DNA of 64,000 nucleotides from Candidatus Rokuibacteriota bacterium (GCA_003221695.1 QHSX01000064.1:9048-73047), one strand, 5' to 3'. Shown: positions 40,911-50,993, numbered from the stretch's first letter. Notes: generated by a model from the sequence alone, not told the origin. Made by a program: numbers and translations.

Positions 40911-41807
40911 ATGGCCGTCGAGCGCGCGGTCCTCGGCGAAGTCCCGGAGGTCGTCGAGCGTGGCGGCTGGCGGAGCGCGGCCCTGGACTTCTGCCGTGCG
41001 CGGCCGCTCGGCGCCATCGGCGCCGTCGTCGTCGCCATCAACATCTTCGTCGGCCTGGGCGCCAACGTGATCGCCCCCTATGACCCGCTGGCGACCGACT
41101 ACGGGGCCATGCTGGGGCGGCCGTCGGCGGCCCACTGGCTCGGCACCGATGCCTTCGGCCGCGACGTCCTCTCGCGGATCATCCACGGCTCGCGCACCGC
41201 CATGCTGGTCGGCTTTTCGTGCGCGTTCCTCGGCGCGACCCTGGGCACGATCATCGGCGTCACGAGCGCCTACTTCGGTGGCCGGGCGGACCTCCTGATC
41301 CAGCGCGTGATGGACGTCTTCCTCGCGTTCCCTTTGATCATCCTGGCCCTCGCGGTCGTCTCGATCCTCGGCACGGGCATCGGCAATGTGATCATGGCGA
41401 TCACGATCCCGATGATCCCGCGCGCGGCGCTCGTGGCGCGCTCGAGCGCGCTCGCCATCAGGGAAATGCCCTACGTCGACGCGGCGCGCGCCGCAGGCTT
41501 CAGCCACGGGCGGATCATTCTGCGCCACATGTTGCCGAACGTGATGGCCCCGTACCTGATCATGCTCACCGCGTACCTCGGGCAGGCGATCCTTCTCGAG
41601 GCGTCGCTCTCCTTTCTCGGCCTCGGCGTCGCCGAGCCGACGCCGGCCTGGGGCCTCATGCTCCGCGGGGCCGCGGTCCAGTTCGCCGAGTCGGCGCCTT
41701 GGATGGCGATCTTCCCCGGGTTCGCGATCAGCCTCGCGGTCTTCGCGTTCAACCTCTTCGGCGACTCGCTGCGCGATGCGCTCGACCCGCGCCTCCGGAC
41801 GCAGTAG
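40911..41807 (+). CDS. Peptide ABC permease (OppC-like)
   Basis: HWLGTD..GRD, GDSLRDALDPR. Confidence 0.9.
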   Translation: MAVERAVLGEVPEVVERGGWRSAALDFCRARPLGAIGAVVVAINIFVGLGANVIAPYDPLATDYGAMLGRPSAAHWLGTDAFGRDVLSRIIHGSRTAMLVGFSCAFLGATLGTIIGVTSAYFGGRADLLIQRVMDVFLAFPLIILALAVVSILGTGIGNVIMAITIPMIPRAALVARSSALAIREMPYVDAARAAGFSHGRIILRHMLPNVMAPYLIMLTAYLGQAILLEASLSFLGLGVAEPTPAWGLMLRGAAVQFAESAPWMAIFPGFAISLAVFAFNLFGDSLRDALDPRLRTQ

Positions 41808-41949
41808 CCGCGCGCCTGAACCTCGGTGGAACGGAAAGCGACCGGGCTCGCGGCCCCCGCGACAACGGTCGAATGCTTGACACGCTGCGGCGATTCGGGT
41901 ACAAACTCATGGGTTTAGCCAGCGCTCAAGAATTGATTGGGAGGCTCTG

Positions 41950-42216
41950 ATGCCGTATATCATCGCCGAGCCGTGCATCAACGTGAAAGACAAGGCATGC
42001 GTCGAGGTGTGCCCGGTCGACTGCATCTACGAAGGCGAGACGATGCTCTACATTCACCCCGACGAGTGCATCGACTGCGGGGCCTGCGAGCCCGTGTGTC
42101 CGGTGAAGGCGATTTTCGCCGAGGACGAGACTCCGGAGCAGTGGAAGAACTACATCGAGCTCAACAAGCAGTTCTTCAAGGACCACCCGGGAGTCAAGCC
42201 CGCCACCAAAAAGTAG
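41950..42216 (+). CDS. fdxA: Ferredoxin (FdxA-type)
   Basis: [22 protein letters not shown]; GGAGG RBS; TTGACA-17-TACAAA upstream (41877-41905). Confidence 0.88.
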   Translation: MPYIIAEPCINVKDKACVEVCPVDCIYEGETMLYIHPDECIDCGACEPVCPVKAIFAEDETPEQWKNYIELNKQFFKDHPGVKPATKK

Positions 42217-42307
42217 CTGCACACCCCCCGCGGCACCCCGCCAGGCCCGCCGGGCATTCGCGCGAATGCGGTGGGCCTTAGTCGCTGCGAAATCGAGCGT
42301 CGGTGTC

Positions 42308-42322
42308 TGGCACAGCGGTTGC
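42308..42322 (+). promoter_or_regulatory. Sigma54 -24/-12 promoter
   Basis: TGGCACAGCGGTTGC. Confidence 0.7.
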
Positions 42323-42337
42323 GTCCCGTCGAAGGGC

Positions 42338-42574
42338 ATGGCCTCGGTGCCCGCAACCTCGCCGCCACCCTTGCTCGAGTCGAGCCTCGGCTACCACGGC
42401 GCCGTCTCGGCGTTCAAGCGACGGCTGATCGAAGCGACGCTCCACCAGGTGAGCGGCAACCGCACCCACGCCGCCCGCATGCTGGGCCTCCAGCGCACCT
42501 ACCTCCTCCGCCTCATCCGGGACCTCGGCGTCGCCGCGCCGCCGCCCCCGACGCGAGGACGGCGCCTGGCCTAG
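42338..42574 (+). CDS. Stand-alone Fis-type helix-turn-helix protein
   Basis: FKRRLIEATL..GNRTHAARMLGLQRTYL. Confidence 0.78.
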   Translation: MASVPATSPPPLLESSLGYHGAVSAFKRRLIEATLHQVSGNRTHAARMLGLQRTYLLRLIRDLGVAAPPPPTRGRRLA

Positions 42575-42651
42575 ACAGCCTGGCCTAGACAAAGGTCGGC
42601 CCCCACATACGGGTTGACGGGCCGCGATCCGTCCGGGCAAGCTGAGGCCCG

Positions 42652-43776
42652 ATGCGTGACGTGTGGGTCGCGGGCGCGGGCATGACGCGCATTGGCCGCC
42701 GGGCGGAGTCACTCTCCGATCTTATGGCCGAGGCGGCGCACGCCGCCCTGCGCGACGCCGGGCTCGAGCGGCCCGACGCGATCGTCGCCGCGGCAATGAA
42801 CCCCGAGGAGTTCGTCGGCGACGGCAACTTCGCCTCCAGCACCGCCACGCACATGGGCTTCGCGGAGACGCCCGCGATGCGCATCGAGACCGCGACGTCC
42901 TCGGGCGCGGCGGCGCTCTACGCGGGCTTTGCCCAGATCGCGGCGGGCATGCGCCACGCGGTGCTCGTCGTCGGCGGGGAAAAGATGACGCATCTCGACA
43001 CGCCGCGCGTCTCGGAGCTGATCGGCCGCTCGATCGATCACTACGAGCGCTCGTACGGCGCCACGATGCCAGCGCTCGCCGGCCTCGTCGCGCGTGCGCT
43101 AATCGCGCGGAACGGCGGCGCGCCCCGCGAAATGGCCCAGGTCGCCGTGAAAAACCACGCCAACGCCGTCCGGAACCCGTACGCCCATTTCCAGCGCGCG
43201 GTCACCGTCGACGAGGTGCTGGACTCCCGGATGGTCGCCGATCCGCTCCGCCTGCTGCACTGCTGCCCCATCTCCGACGGCGCCGCCGCCGTCGTCCTGA
43301 CGGCCGACCGCGCGGCGGTACGAATCACCGGCATCGGGCAGGGGATGGACACGCTCGCGCTCCGCCACCGCGATGCGCTCACGAGCTTCCGGGCCTCCCG
43401 AGCGGCGGCGCGCGCGGCGTTCGCGATGGCGGGTGTCGGTCCCGAGCGCGTGGACGTGGCCGAGCTGCACGACGCGTTCGCGCCGTTCGAGCTGATGTCG
43501 CTCGAGGACCTCGGCCTGGTGCCGTCGGGGAAGGCCGGCCGCGCGACGCTCGACGGCGAGACCGCGCTCGACGGCCGGCTGCCGGTGAACCCGTCGGGCG
43601 GCCTCAAGGCGCGTGGCCACCCGCTCGCGGCGACGGGGCTCGCGCAGATCGTCGAGTGCGTGTGGCAGCTCACGGGGCGCGCCGAGGGGAGGCAGGTGCA
43701 GGCGCATGTCGCGCTCGCGCAGTCGATCGGCGGGCTCGCAACGAACAACTGGGTGACGCTCCTCGAGGCGCCATGA
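42652..43776 (+). CDS. Thiolase-like protein (SCP-x/Ltp type)
   Basis: CCPISDGAAA, ELHDAF, NPSGGL..GHP. Confidence 0.85.
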   Translation: MRDVWVAGAGMTRIGRRAESLSDLMAEAAHAALRDAGLERPDAIVAAAMNPEEFVGDGNFASSTATHMGFAETPAMRIETATSSGAAALYAGFAQIAAGMRHAVLVVGGEKMTHLDTPRVSELIGRSIDHYERSYGATMPALAGLVARALIARNGGAPREMAQVAVKNHANAVRNPYAHFQRAVTVDEVLDSRMVADPLRLLHCCPISDGAAAVVLTADRAAVRITGIGQGMDTLALRHRDALTSFRASRAAARAAFAMAGVGPERVDVAELHDAFAPFELMSLEDLGLVPSGKAGRATLDGETALDGRLPVNPSGGLKARGHPLAATGLAQIVECVWQLTGRAEGRQVQAHVALAQSIGGLATNNWVTLLEAP

Positions 43777-43888
43777 GGGAACGAGACATGAGGTGTGTAG
43801 CCGGGTCGCCCTGTGTCGAGATACGGAGCCGGGTCGCACCTCGTCTCGGGCCACCCACGGGATGTCGCGGTCTCGCGGCGTCGTTGCA

Positions 43889-44317
43889 ATGATCGAGACG
43901 ATCCCGGGCTCGCGCTGCCCCGCGTGCGGGCTGACCGTGGCGCCGCCCGCCCCCTTCTGCCCGCGTGATCCGGTCGCGATGACGCCGGTCGACCTCGAGG
44001 GCACTGGCGAGATCGTCTCGTTCACGACGCTGCACTCGCCGCCCGCGGGGTTCCGGTCGCCGCTCCACATCGCGCTGGTCGCGCTCGAGGGGGGCGCCCG
44101 GTTCATCTGCCACGGCGCGGAGACGCGCGGGCTGCGCATCGGCTCGCGCGTCGCGATCGAGGCGGTGAACGACGTCTACTACTTCTCCCATCTCGGCGCG
44201 CTGGACCGCGCCCGCCTCTTCTGGCGGCGCACGGGCCGCGCGGGCGACCGCGTGCACGCGATCGCCCAGAGCCTCGCCAAGCGAGTCCGGAAAGGAAAGA
44301 CGCGTGTCTCGAGCTGA
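43889..44317 (+). CDS. Zn-ribbon/OB-fold (DUF35) protein
   Basis: CPACG..PFCP, GEIVSFTT; next to thiolase. Confidence 0.75.
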   Translation: MIETIPGSRCPACGLTVAPPAPFCPRDPVAMTPVDLEGTGEIVSFTTLHSPPAGFRSPLHIALVALEGGARFICHGAETRGLRIGSRVAIEAVNDVYYFSHLGALDRARLFWRRTGRAGDRVHAIAQSLAKRVRKGKTRVSS

Positions 44318-45500
44318 CCAGCCCCTCGCCGGTATCCGCGTCCTGGATCTCACGCGCGTCCTCGCCGGGCCGTTCTGCTCGATGACGCTGGGCGACATGG
44401 GCGCCGAGGTCATCAAGATCGAAGAGCCCGGGAAGGGCGACGACACGCGGAGCTGGCCGCCCTTCGCGGGCGGTGAGTCGACGTACTTCATGTCGGTGAA
44501 CCGCAACAAGAAGAGCGTCACGCTGAACCTCAAGGCGCCGGAGGGCCAGGCGATCCTCCGCACGCTCCTGGGGAAGAGCGACGTCCTCGTGGAGAACTTC
44601 CGGCCCGGGACGATGGACAAGCTCGGGTTCGGCTACCGGACGCTCGCGCGCCGCCACCCTCGGCTCGTCTACTGCTCGATCTCGGGCTTCGGCGAGTCCG
44701 GGCCGGAGGCGCACCGCGCCGGCTACGACCTCGTCGTGCAGGCCGAGTCGGGGATCATGGACATCACCGGCTTCCCCGACGGTCCGCCCGTCAAGGTCGG
44801 CACCTCCATCGCCGACCTCGTGGCGGGCATGTCGGCGGCCCACGGCGTGACGCTCGCGCTGCTCGCGCGCGCGCGCACGCGGCGGGGCCAGAAGGTCGAG
44901 ATCTCGATGCTCGACGCCATGGCGGCGCTGCTCACCTACCAGGCGGGCATCTACTTCGGCACGGGCCAGCGGCCGGCGCGCCGGGGGAACGCCCATCCCT
45001 CGATCGTGCCCTACGAGGTCTTCAAGGCGGCCGACGCGTACCTGACGCTCGGCGTCGCCAACAACGCGCTGTGGGCGAGGTGCTGCGCGGCGCTCGACCG
45101 GACCGAACTCGCGACCGATCCGCGTTTCGACACCGAGGCCAGGCGCGTCACGAACCGCGACGCGTTGATCCCGCTGCTCAACGAGATCTTGGGGACCCGC
45201 ACGGCGGAGGAGTGGCTCAAGCGCTTCGAGAGCGCGGGCGTGCCCGCGGGGCGGATCAAGAGCGTTCCCGAGGTGTGTGAGAGCCCGCACCTCAAGGCGC
45301 GCAGGATGATCGCGACGCTGCCGCATCCCCGGGCGGGCCGCGTGACGGTCCTCGGCGTGCCGATCCGTCTGCACACGACACCGGGCGGCGCGCGGCTCGC
45401 GCCGCCCCTCCTCGGCCAGGACACCGACGCCGTGCTGCGGACGCTCGCGGGCCTCGGGAAGAAGGAGGTGGCGCGCCTGCGCGCGCAGGGCGTTGTCTGA
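44304..45500 (+). CDS. Family III CoA-transferase (CaiB/BaiF)
   Basis: GIRVLDL, NRNKKS, ENFRPG. Confidence 0.92.
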   Translation: MSRADQPLAGIRVLDLTRVLAGPFCSMTLGDMGAEVIKIEEPGKGDDTRSWPPFAGGESTYFMSVNRNKKSVTLNLKAPEGQAILRTLLGKSDVLVENFRPGTMDKLGFGYRTLARRHPRLVYCSISGFGESGPEAHRAGYDLVVQAESGIMDITGFPDGPPVKVGTSIADLVAGMSAAHGVTLALLARARTRRGQKVEISMLDAMAALLTYQAGIYFGTGQRPARRGNAHPSIVPYEVFKAADAYLTLGVANNALWARCCAALDRTELATDPRFDTEARRVTNRDALIPLLNEILGTRTAEEWLKRFESAGVPAGRIKSVPEVCESPHLKARRMIATLPHPRAGRVTVLGVPIRLHTTPGGARLAPPLLGQDTDAVLRTLAGLGKKEVARLRAQGVV

Positions 45501-45588
45501 CGGCGCGGAGCCGGGTCGTTGGCGGCGTGGACTCGAGGCCGCGAATCTTGACACTCCGGCGTCGCGCAGCGCATCATGACAGTAACCC

Positions 45589-47169
45589 ATGCGCGAGCTG
45601 ATCAGGATCTATGACACGACCCTCCGGGACGGGACGCAGGGCGAGGGAGTGTCCTTCTCGATGGAGGACAAGGTCCGCCTGACGTCGCGGCTCGACGCGC
45701 TCGGCATCCACTACATCGAGGGAGGCTGGCCGGGCTCCAATCCCAAGGACTTGCGCTTCTTCCGCCGGATGCAGGACGTGGCGCTCAAGCACGCGAAGCT
45801 CGCCGCGTTCAGCATGACCCGCCGTGCGGGTGGCACCGCCGAGTCGGACGCCAACATGCAGGCGCTCCTGGACGCGGGCGCGCCCGTCGCGACGATCGTC
45901 GGCAAGGCGTGGGACTTCCACGTGACCCACGCGCTCTCCACGACCCTCGACGAAAACCTGGCGATGATCGCCGACACGATCGCCTTCCTCCGGCCGCGGG
46001 TGGAGGAGGTCATGTTCGACGCCGAGCACTTCTTCGACGGCATCCGTCGGAACCGCGACTACGCGCTCGCGACGCTCCGCGCCGCCGAAGCCGCCGGCGC
46101 CCACTGGCTCGTGCTCTGCGACACGAACGGCGGCACGCTCCCGCGCGACCTGATCGCGGCCCTCCAGGCCGTGAAGCAGCACGTGAAGACGCCGCTCGGC
46201 ATCCACGTCCACAACGATGCCGAGTGCGCCGTCGCCAACTCGCTGGCCGCCGTCGGCGAAGGCGTGCGCCAGGTGCAGGGGACGATGAACGGCTACGGCG
46301 AGCGGTGCGGCAACGCGAACCTCGTCTCGATCATCCCCAACCTGGTGCTCAAGATGGGGCTCGACTGCATACCGCAGCCGAACCTGCGCGAGCTGCGGGA
46401 CGTCTCGCGGTTCGTCTCCGAGCTGGCCAACCGCAAGCCGTGGGCCGCGCAGCCCTACGTCGGCGACTCCGCCTTCGCCCACAAGGGTGGCATGCACGTC
46501 GCCGCCGTGCTGAAGCATCCCGAGACGTACGAGCACCTGGACCCCGAGGCGGTGGGCAACCACCGGCGCGTGCTCGTCTCCGAGCTCGCGGGCAAGTCGA
46601 ACATCCTCTGGAAGGCGCGCGAGTATGGCATCGACATCGACCGCGACACGCCGGACTCGCGACGGATTCTCACCGAGCTCAAGGCGCTCGAGGACCAGGG
46701 GTTCCAGTTCGAGGGCGCGGAGGCGTCGTTCGAGCTCCTGATGGAGCGCGCGCTCGGCCGGCACAAGCCCTACTTCGAGCTCGACGCGTACCGCGTGATC
46801 GTCGAGGAGCAGAGCCACGACGCGGAGCCGGTCGCGGAGGCCACGGTCCGCGTCCGCGTCAAGGGCATCCTCGAGCACACGGCGGCGTCCGGCAACGGGC
46901 CGGTCAACGCGCTCGACCACGCGCTCCGCAAGGCGCTGGAGGAGTTCTACCCGAACCTCCGGGCGATGCGGCTCCTCGACTACAAGGTGCGTATCCTCGA
47001 CGAGTCCAAGGGCACCGCGGCGAAGACGCGTGTGCTCATCACCTCGGGCGACGGCGAGGAGACGTGGGGCACCGTCGGGGTCGCCGACAACATCATCGAG
47101 GCGTCCTGGCAGGCGCTCGTGGACTCGATCGAGTACAAGCTGCGCCGGGACGAGCGGGCGCGTCCATGA
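45589..47169 (+). CDS. cimA: Citramalate synthase
   Basis: [33 protein letters not shown]. Confidence 0.88.
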   Translation: MRELIRIYDTTLRDGTQGEGVSFSMEDKVRLTSRLDALGIHYIEGGWPGSNPKDLRFFRRMQDVALKHAKLAAFSMTRRAGGTAESDANMQALLDAGAPVATIVGKAWDFHVTHALSTTLDENLAMIADTIAFLRPRVEEVMFDAEHFFDGIRRNRDYALATLRAAEAAGAHWLVLCDTNGGTLPRDLIAALQAVKQHVKTPLGIHVHNDAECAVANSLAAVGEGVRQVQGTMNGYGERCGNANLVSIIPNLVLKMGLDCIPQPNLRELRDVSRFVSELANRKPWAAQPYVGDSAFAHKGGMHVAAVLKHPETYEHLDPEAVGNHRRVLVSELAGKSNILWKAREYGIDIDRDTPDSRRILTELKALEDQGFQFEGAEASFELLMERALGRHKPYFELDAYRVIVEEQSHDAEPVAEATVRVRVKGILEHTAASGNGPVNALDHALRKALEEFYPNLRAMRLLDYKVRILDESKGTAAKTRVLITSGDGEETWGTVGVADNIIEASWQALVDSIEYKLRRDERARP

Positions 47170-47537
47170 CCGTCGTGGTCGTCGACGACGACCTCACGAT
47201 CGTCAAGATGTGCGAGAAGGTCCTTCGTGCGCAGGGCCACACGGTCCACGGCTTCACGACCACGCGCGAGGCGCTCGCCCACCTCGGGCAGGGCGTCCCC
47301 GCCGACCTGCTCGTCGTGGACTACATGATGCCCGAGCAGAACGGGTTCGAGTTCGTCGAGCAGGCGTGGTCGCTCAGGCCCGCGCTGCGAGTCGTCATGA
47401 TCACCGCCCACGGCAATCGTGAGCTCGTGGGTGAGGCCGCCCAGGCCGGGATCCACGGGGTCGTCCTCAAGCCATTCACCGCGGCTGACCTCACGCGGGG
47501 GGTGGCGACGGCGATGGAGCGGTCGACGTCCGCCTAG
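47166..47537 (+). CDS. Single-domain response regulator
   Basis: VDDD, VVDYMMP, ITAHG, LKPF. Confidence 0.85.
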   Translation: MTVVVVDDDLTIVKMCEKVLRAQGHTVHGFTTTREALAHLGQGVPADLLVVDYMMPEQNGFEFVEQAWSLRPALRVVMITAHGNRELVGEAAQAGIHGVVLKPFTAADLTRGVATAMERSTSA

Positions 47538-47656
47538 CTCCGTGGTCTCGGCTCTGTGAGGGGGGGGTGGTCCGGAAATTATCTGGGTGTCCAGAAACTT
47601 ACCAGCAATATCGTGGCCACCCACTCGTAAGATCTTGAAATTTCAGCATAGGGAGT

Positions 47657-47672
47657 TCGGTATCGAAATTGC
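47657..47672 (+). promoter_or_regulatory. Sigma54-type promoter candidate
   Basis: TCGGTATCGAAATTGC (GG-N10-GC) in an AT-rich intergenic stretch. Confidence 0.45.
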
Positions 47673-47701
47673 CTTTGCTCCATCCCCAGGAGGATTCAGC
47701 C

Positions 47702-47953
47702 ATGGGGATGGGAGAAGTAACAGCGTTCAGCGGGATGGTGCCGGGCAACGGCCAGGCGCACACCCGGGTGCGTGGCGTGGGCCGGCCGTCCACGGTGGCC
47801 CAGTTCTCGCCGCAGATCACGCAGTGGCTTCAGGACCACCCGGCCATGTCGGGTGCGGAGGTGCTTCGGCGCGTCCGTCTGGTAGGCTATCGCGGCGGTA
47901 AGAGCGCGCTGTACGAGCTGGTGCGGCGCCTCCGGCTCGCAATCGCCAACTAG
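47702..47953 (+). CDS. Small protein resembling the IS21 IstA HTH domain
   Basis: GRPS..EVLRRVRLVGYRGGKSALYELVRRLR; GGAGG RBS; no DDE domain follows. Confidence 0.55.
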   Translation: MGMGEVTAFSGMVPGNGQAHTRVRGVGRPSTVAQFSPQITQWLQDHPAMSGAEVLRRVRLVGYRGGKSALYELVRRLRLAIAN

Positions 47954-48074
47954 CCCGCCTTAGCGTGCTCCCGCGTCGGCGCGCCGGCCTTCGGTGTGCG
48001 CTCGACGCGTAGGGACCCGGTCTCGCCTCTCGCGCCACGCTCGGATTCCCGCGCCACGCTCGATCTGGTCGACG

Positions 48075-49751
48075 TCAGCGATCCCGATCGTCCCCGTCGC
48101 CGTCGTGTTCGGCAGCGCCACGGCACGCGAAGTTCGCGGCCTCATTGGTCCCGCCGTGCCCCCTGTAGACCGCCTTTTGAGGGTACGGGCAGAGCGGACG
48201 TTGCATGGCGACGCCCTTCCCGGGATCGTCGTCCACGTATTTCGTGGCGATGATCTTGTCCGGCGCCACGTGGCGGTCGACCCACTGGTCGAGCGCGCTC
48301 AGCACGTCGTGCGCCGCGTCGATTTGTGGCGGGCTCGCCCCGAACACGCCACCGATGGCGTGAGGGCCAGGGCCGCCACCGCAATGGAGCATCCCCGGCG
48401 CCATGAAGAGGCGGAAGAACTGCTGCGTCTCGCGCAGGGCGTCTCCGCGATCGCGAGTGTCGGGCTTGCGCCCATCCTCCTCGGCGACGGCTCGCACCAC
48501 GCTCTCGTAGTAGTTGATGGCGTTGAGCGGCGCGATCGCCCCGTCCTCCCAACCGTGATACATGATGATCTTTCCGCCGCGAGCCTTCAGGCGTCTGAGG
48601 TCCGGGTTGGTCGAGTTGAGGATGCCGGCCAGCTTGTTATCGGTGACGTCGACGTCGCTGTCGAAGTCGAAGGTCCTGAAGTCCCAGCTCGGATCCTCGA
48701 AGACCATGTTGGTGAAAAACTGGTTCCCGAAAAAGAACTGCAGCGCCCCGCCTGGCGGTGCGCCGGTGATCCAGACCGACCAGTTGCCCGGCGCGGCGAC
48801 GGCGCCCGGCGTATAGCCGGGGAAGATCTGCTTTCCTGTGCCCGGGTTCCGTGGCCCGTCCATGATCTTCATGAGCGCGGTCACCTGTGGCGCCGTGAGG
48901 CACGTGTTGGCGTCGGCCCCCTGACACAGGAGTTGCGATGGATCGAAGTGGCATCGCCTCGGGTCGTCGATGATGCCGTCCACGATGCCGTCGAGCGCGT
49001 CACAGGCGGCGAGCGCCGCGGCCTGGATGGCGGGGAGCTTGCTCGTCGGGATGTAGCTGCCTGGTCCACCCATCGTCGCTTGCTCGTTCCAAACGAACCC
49101 CACGAAGTGGTGCGTCCAGAAGTTGGCCGGTGCCCCGACGATGATGCCATCGTAGTCGTCGGGGAAGCGCTGCGCTTCCATGAGCGCCTCCCGGCCGCCG
49201 TCCGAGCATCCGCTGAAGTAGGAACGCCGGGGACCGTTGCCGTAGAAGGCGCGGATGATCGCCTTGGCCCTCTCGGCCGTTTCGTGGACCGCGCGATACC
49301 CGAAATCGACGACCCTTTCAGGGTGTCCCAGGGCCCAGCGGGCGTCGCCGCCCGTGTGGCCATCATCCGTCCCGGCGGTAGCGTAGCCGCGGCGGAGCCC
49401 GGGGGCCAGGGCGCTGTACAAGATCGAGCCCGCGAAGCCGCCATTGCCAATGCCCTCGAACTTTCCGTTCCAGCCCGAGCTTGGCATCCAGACTTCGAAA
49501 CCGATCCGCGAGGCGCTCGTCGGCGTTGCGAAGCCCGCCACCCGGCAGAAGGCCGGCAGATCGTTGACGACCTCCCCACTCGGTGCGCTGAAGGTGCCGG
49601 AGGGGACGGACTGGGCCACCGTGATCGTCGTGTTCGGCACCGCAAGAGCGCTGAGGCTCTCGCAGGCCGCCGCGGCCGCCGGCGTCGGGCCCGGGATGAC
49701 CGCCGCGAGCAGACCCACGACGAGAACGAGAACGCCGAAGTGACGACTCAT
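48075..49751 (-). CDS. Tannase/feruloyl esterase family hydrolase, secreted
   Basis: WNGKF..GNGG, GCSDGGRE, PGMLHCGGG, RPLCPYP. Confidence 0.9.
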   Translation of the reverse strand: MSRHFGVLVLVVGLLAAVIPGPTPAAAAACESLSALAVPNTTITVAQSVPSGTFSAPSGEVVNDLPAFCRVAGFATPTSASRIGFEVWMPSSGWNGKFEGIGNGGFAGSILYSALAPGLRRGYATAGTDDGHTGGDARWALGHPERVVDFGYRAVHETAERAKAIIRAFYGNGPRRSYFSGCSDGGREALMEAQRFPDDYDGIIVGAPANFWTHHFVGFVWNEQATMGGPGSYIPTSKLPAIQAAALAACDALDGIVDGIIDDPRRCHFDPSQLLCQGADANTCLTAPQVTALMKIMDGPRNPGTGKQIFPGYTPGAVAAPGNWSVWITGAPPGGALQFFFGNQFFTNMVFEDPSWDFRTFDFDSDVDVTDNKLAGILNSTNPDLRRLKARGGKIIMYHGWEDGAIAPLNAINYYESVVRAVAEEDGRKPDTRDRGDALRETQQFFRLFMAPGMLHCGGGPGPHAIGGVFGASPPQIDAAHDVLSALDQWVDRHVAPDKIIATKYVDDDPGKGVAMQRPLCPYPQKAVYRGHGGTNEAANFACRGAAEHDGDGDDRDR

Positions 49752-50027
49752 AGGATCCCCTCCCTGTGCAACAGATAGGGGGCCAGGGCTCTCTCCGCTA
49801 TCAGGGGTTTCCTTGGCTCGGCTCAGGGAAGATCCCCCGTCTCGGGAAGCGCGGGAACCTGCGGGAAGTTGCGGCCGGCGCTGATTTCCCTGAGGTCGCG
49901 TGTAACCCCGCTTCGCGATTCACGAGTCGCTCGCCGTCATTCGAGAACAAGCTTCTCAAGTTCGGTCAGGTCACGGATGCCCGATCCGCATCTGCACTAA
50001 CCGCACGCGGATACAGCTGGGCGCGGC

Positions 50028-50057
50028 TTGTTCGCTTCGCCAGCCGCGCGCTATAGT
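50028..50057 (+). promoter_or_regulatory. Sigma70-like promoter facing the cassette array
   Basis: TTGTTC 50028-50033, 18 nt, TATAGT 50052-50057. Confidence 0.45.
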
Positions 50058-50105
50058 CGGGCCGGCGCCGTGCGGAGCCCGGTGGACCGGATGTTCACGT
50101 CGTGA
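50058..50105 (+). pseudogene. intI: Putative remnant of an integron integrase C-terminus
   Basis: Encodes (R)AGAVRSPVDRMFTS-stop, like the IntI terminal VRSPLD motif; positioned just ahead of the array; very short. Confidence 0.55.
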
Positions 50106-50271
50106 CCTGGCTCGCGGCCTCTGGACGTATACGCGACAGGATATGCTGCAGGGGTCCCGCAGCCTATCTCGGGAAAGGGCCTGTCGGGGTGACGAGCAAT
50201 TCGTTCGTATCACGAATAGGCTGCGAAATCCCCCAGCGTTTCCGGTATTACGCTGATCAGCCGATCCGGTG

Positions 50272-50289
50272 GCCGAATTCTAGTTCGGC
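50272..50289 (+). other. attI-like site
   Basis: GCCGAA-TTCTA-GTTCGGC inverted pair; GTTCGGCGT matches 8/9 the complement of the first cassette's R'' region (ACGCCTAAC). Confidence 0.5.
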
Positions 50290-50329
50290 GTACTTCGATA
50301 TGACGCTGCGTGACGACGATTCAAGGATC

Positions 50330-50938
50330 ATGGATCCCAAAACGCAAGTCCGAGAGTCGTACAACCGCATTGCGGGCGCGTATCTTTCGTCACGTCGTTG
50401 CGATTCGCCGGATGTTGCGTTGCTGAATGATCTTGTCGTCCGGCTCCCACCGCGTGCACGGGTCCTTGACGCGGGTTGCGGCGCCGGTGTCCCCATCGCC
50501 CGGCAGCTTGCGACTCGTGCCAATGTCGTCGGGGTCGACTTTGCCGACGTACAGCTCGGCCTCGCCAGACGCCACGTGCCCACGGGGCTTTGGGTCTGTG
50601 CAGACCTCGTCGCACTGCCGTTCGCTGACGCGTCGTTCGATGCGATATGCTCGTATTACGCCGTCATCCACATCCCGCGAGAAGAGCATGCGCGCGTTCT
50701 TGATGGCTTTGCACGAGTGCTACGGTCCGGAGGGCCGGCGCTTCTGTGCCTTGGCGCGGCCGACCTGCCTGCGTGGACGGAGGAGTACCACGACGCGCCA
50801 ATGTATTGGAGCCACTACGATGCCGCGACGAGTCTTTCGCTGGTGAAGGCCGCCGGCTTCGACTTGGTGTGGCATCGTTGGGTCGCCGATGGATCTGGTG
50901 GTCACTTGTTCGTTCTGGCTCAGCGCCATGACGCCTAA
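50330..50938 (+). CDS. Cassette: class I SAM-dependent methyltransferase
   Basis: VLDAGCGAG; TAA stop lies within R''. Confidence 0.85.
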   Translation: MDPKTQVRESYNRIAGAYLSSRRCDSPDVALLNDLVVRLPPRARVLDAGCGAGVPIARQLATRANVVGVDFADVQLGLARRHVPTGLWVCADLVALPFADASFDAICSYYAVIHIPREEHARVLDGFARVLRSGGPALLCLGAADLPAWTEEYHDAPMYWSHYDAATSLSLVKAAGFDLVWHRWVADGSGGHLFVLAQRHDA

Positions 50939-50993
50939 CTGCAGCTTGGAGCCGGCGGCGCTGGCGCGCCGCGGCTCAAGCTGAGCGTTCGGC
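50933..50993 (+). other. attC site 1
   Basis: GCCTAAC..CTTG[G]AGC..GCTCAAG..GTTCGGC. Confidence 0.9.
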
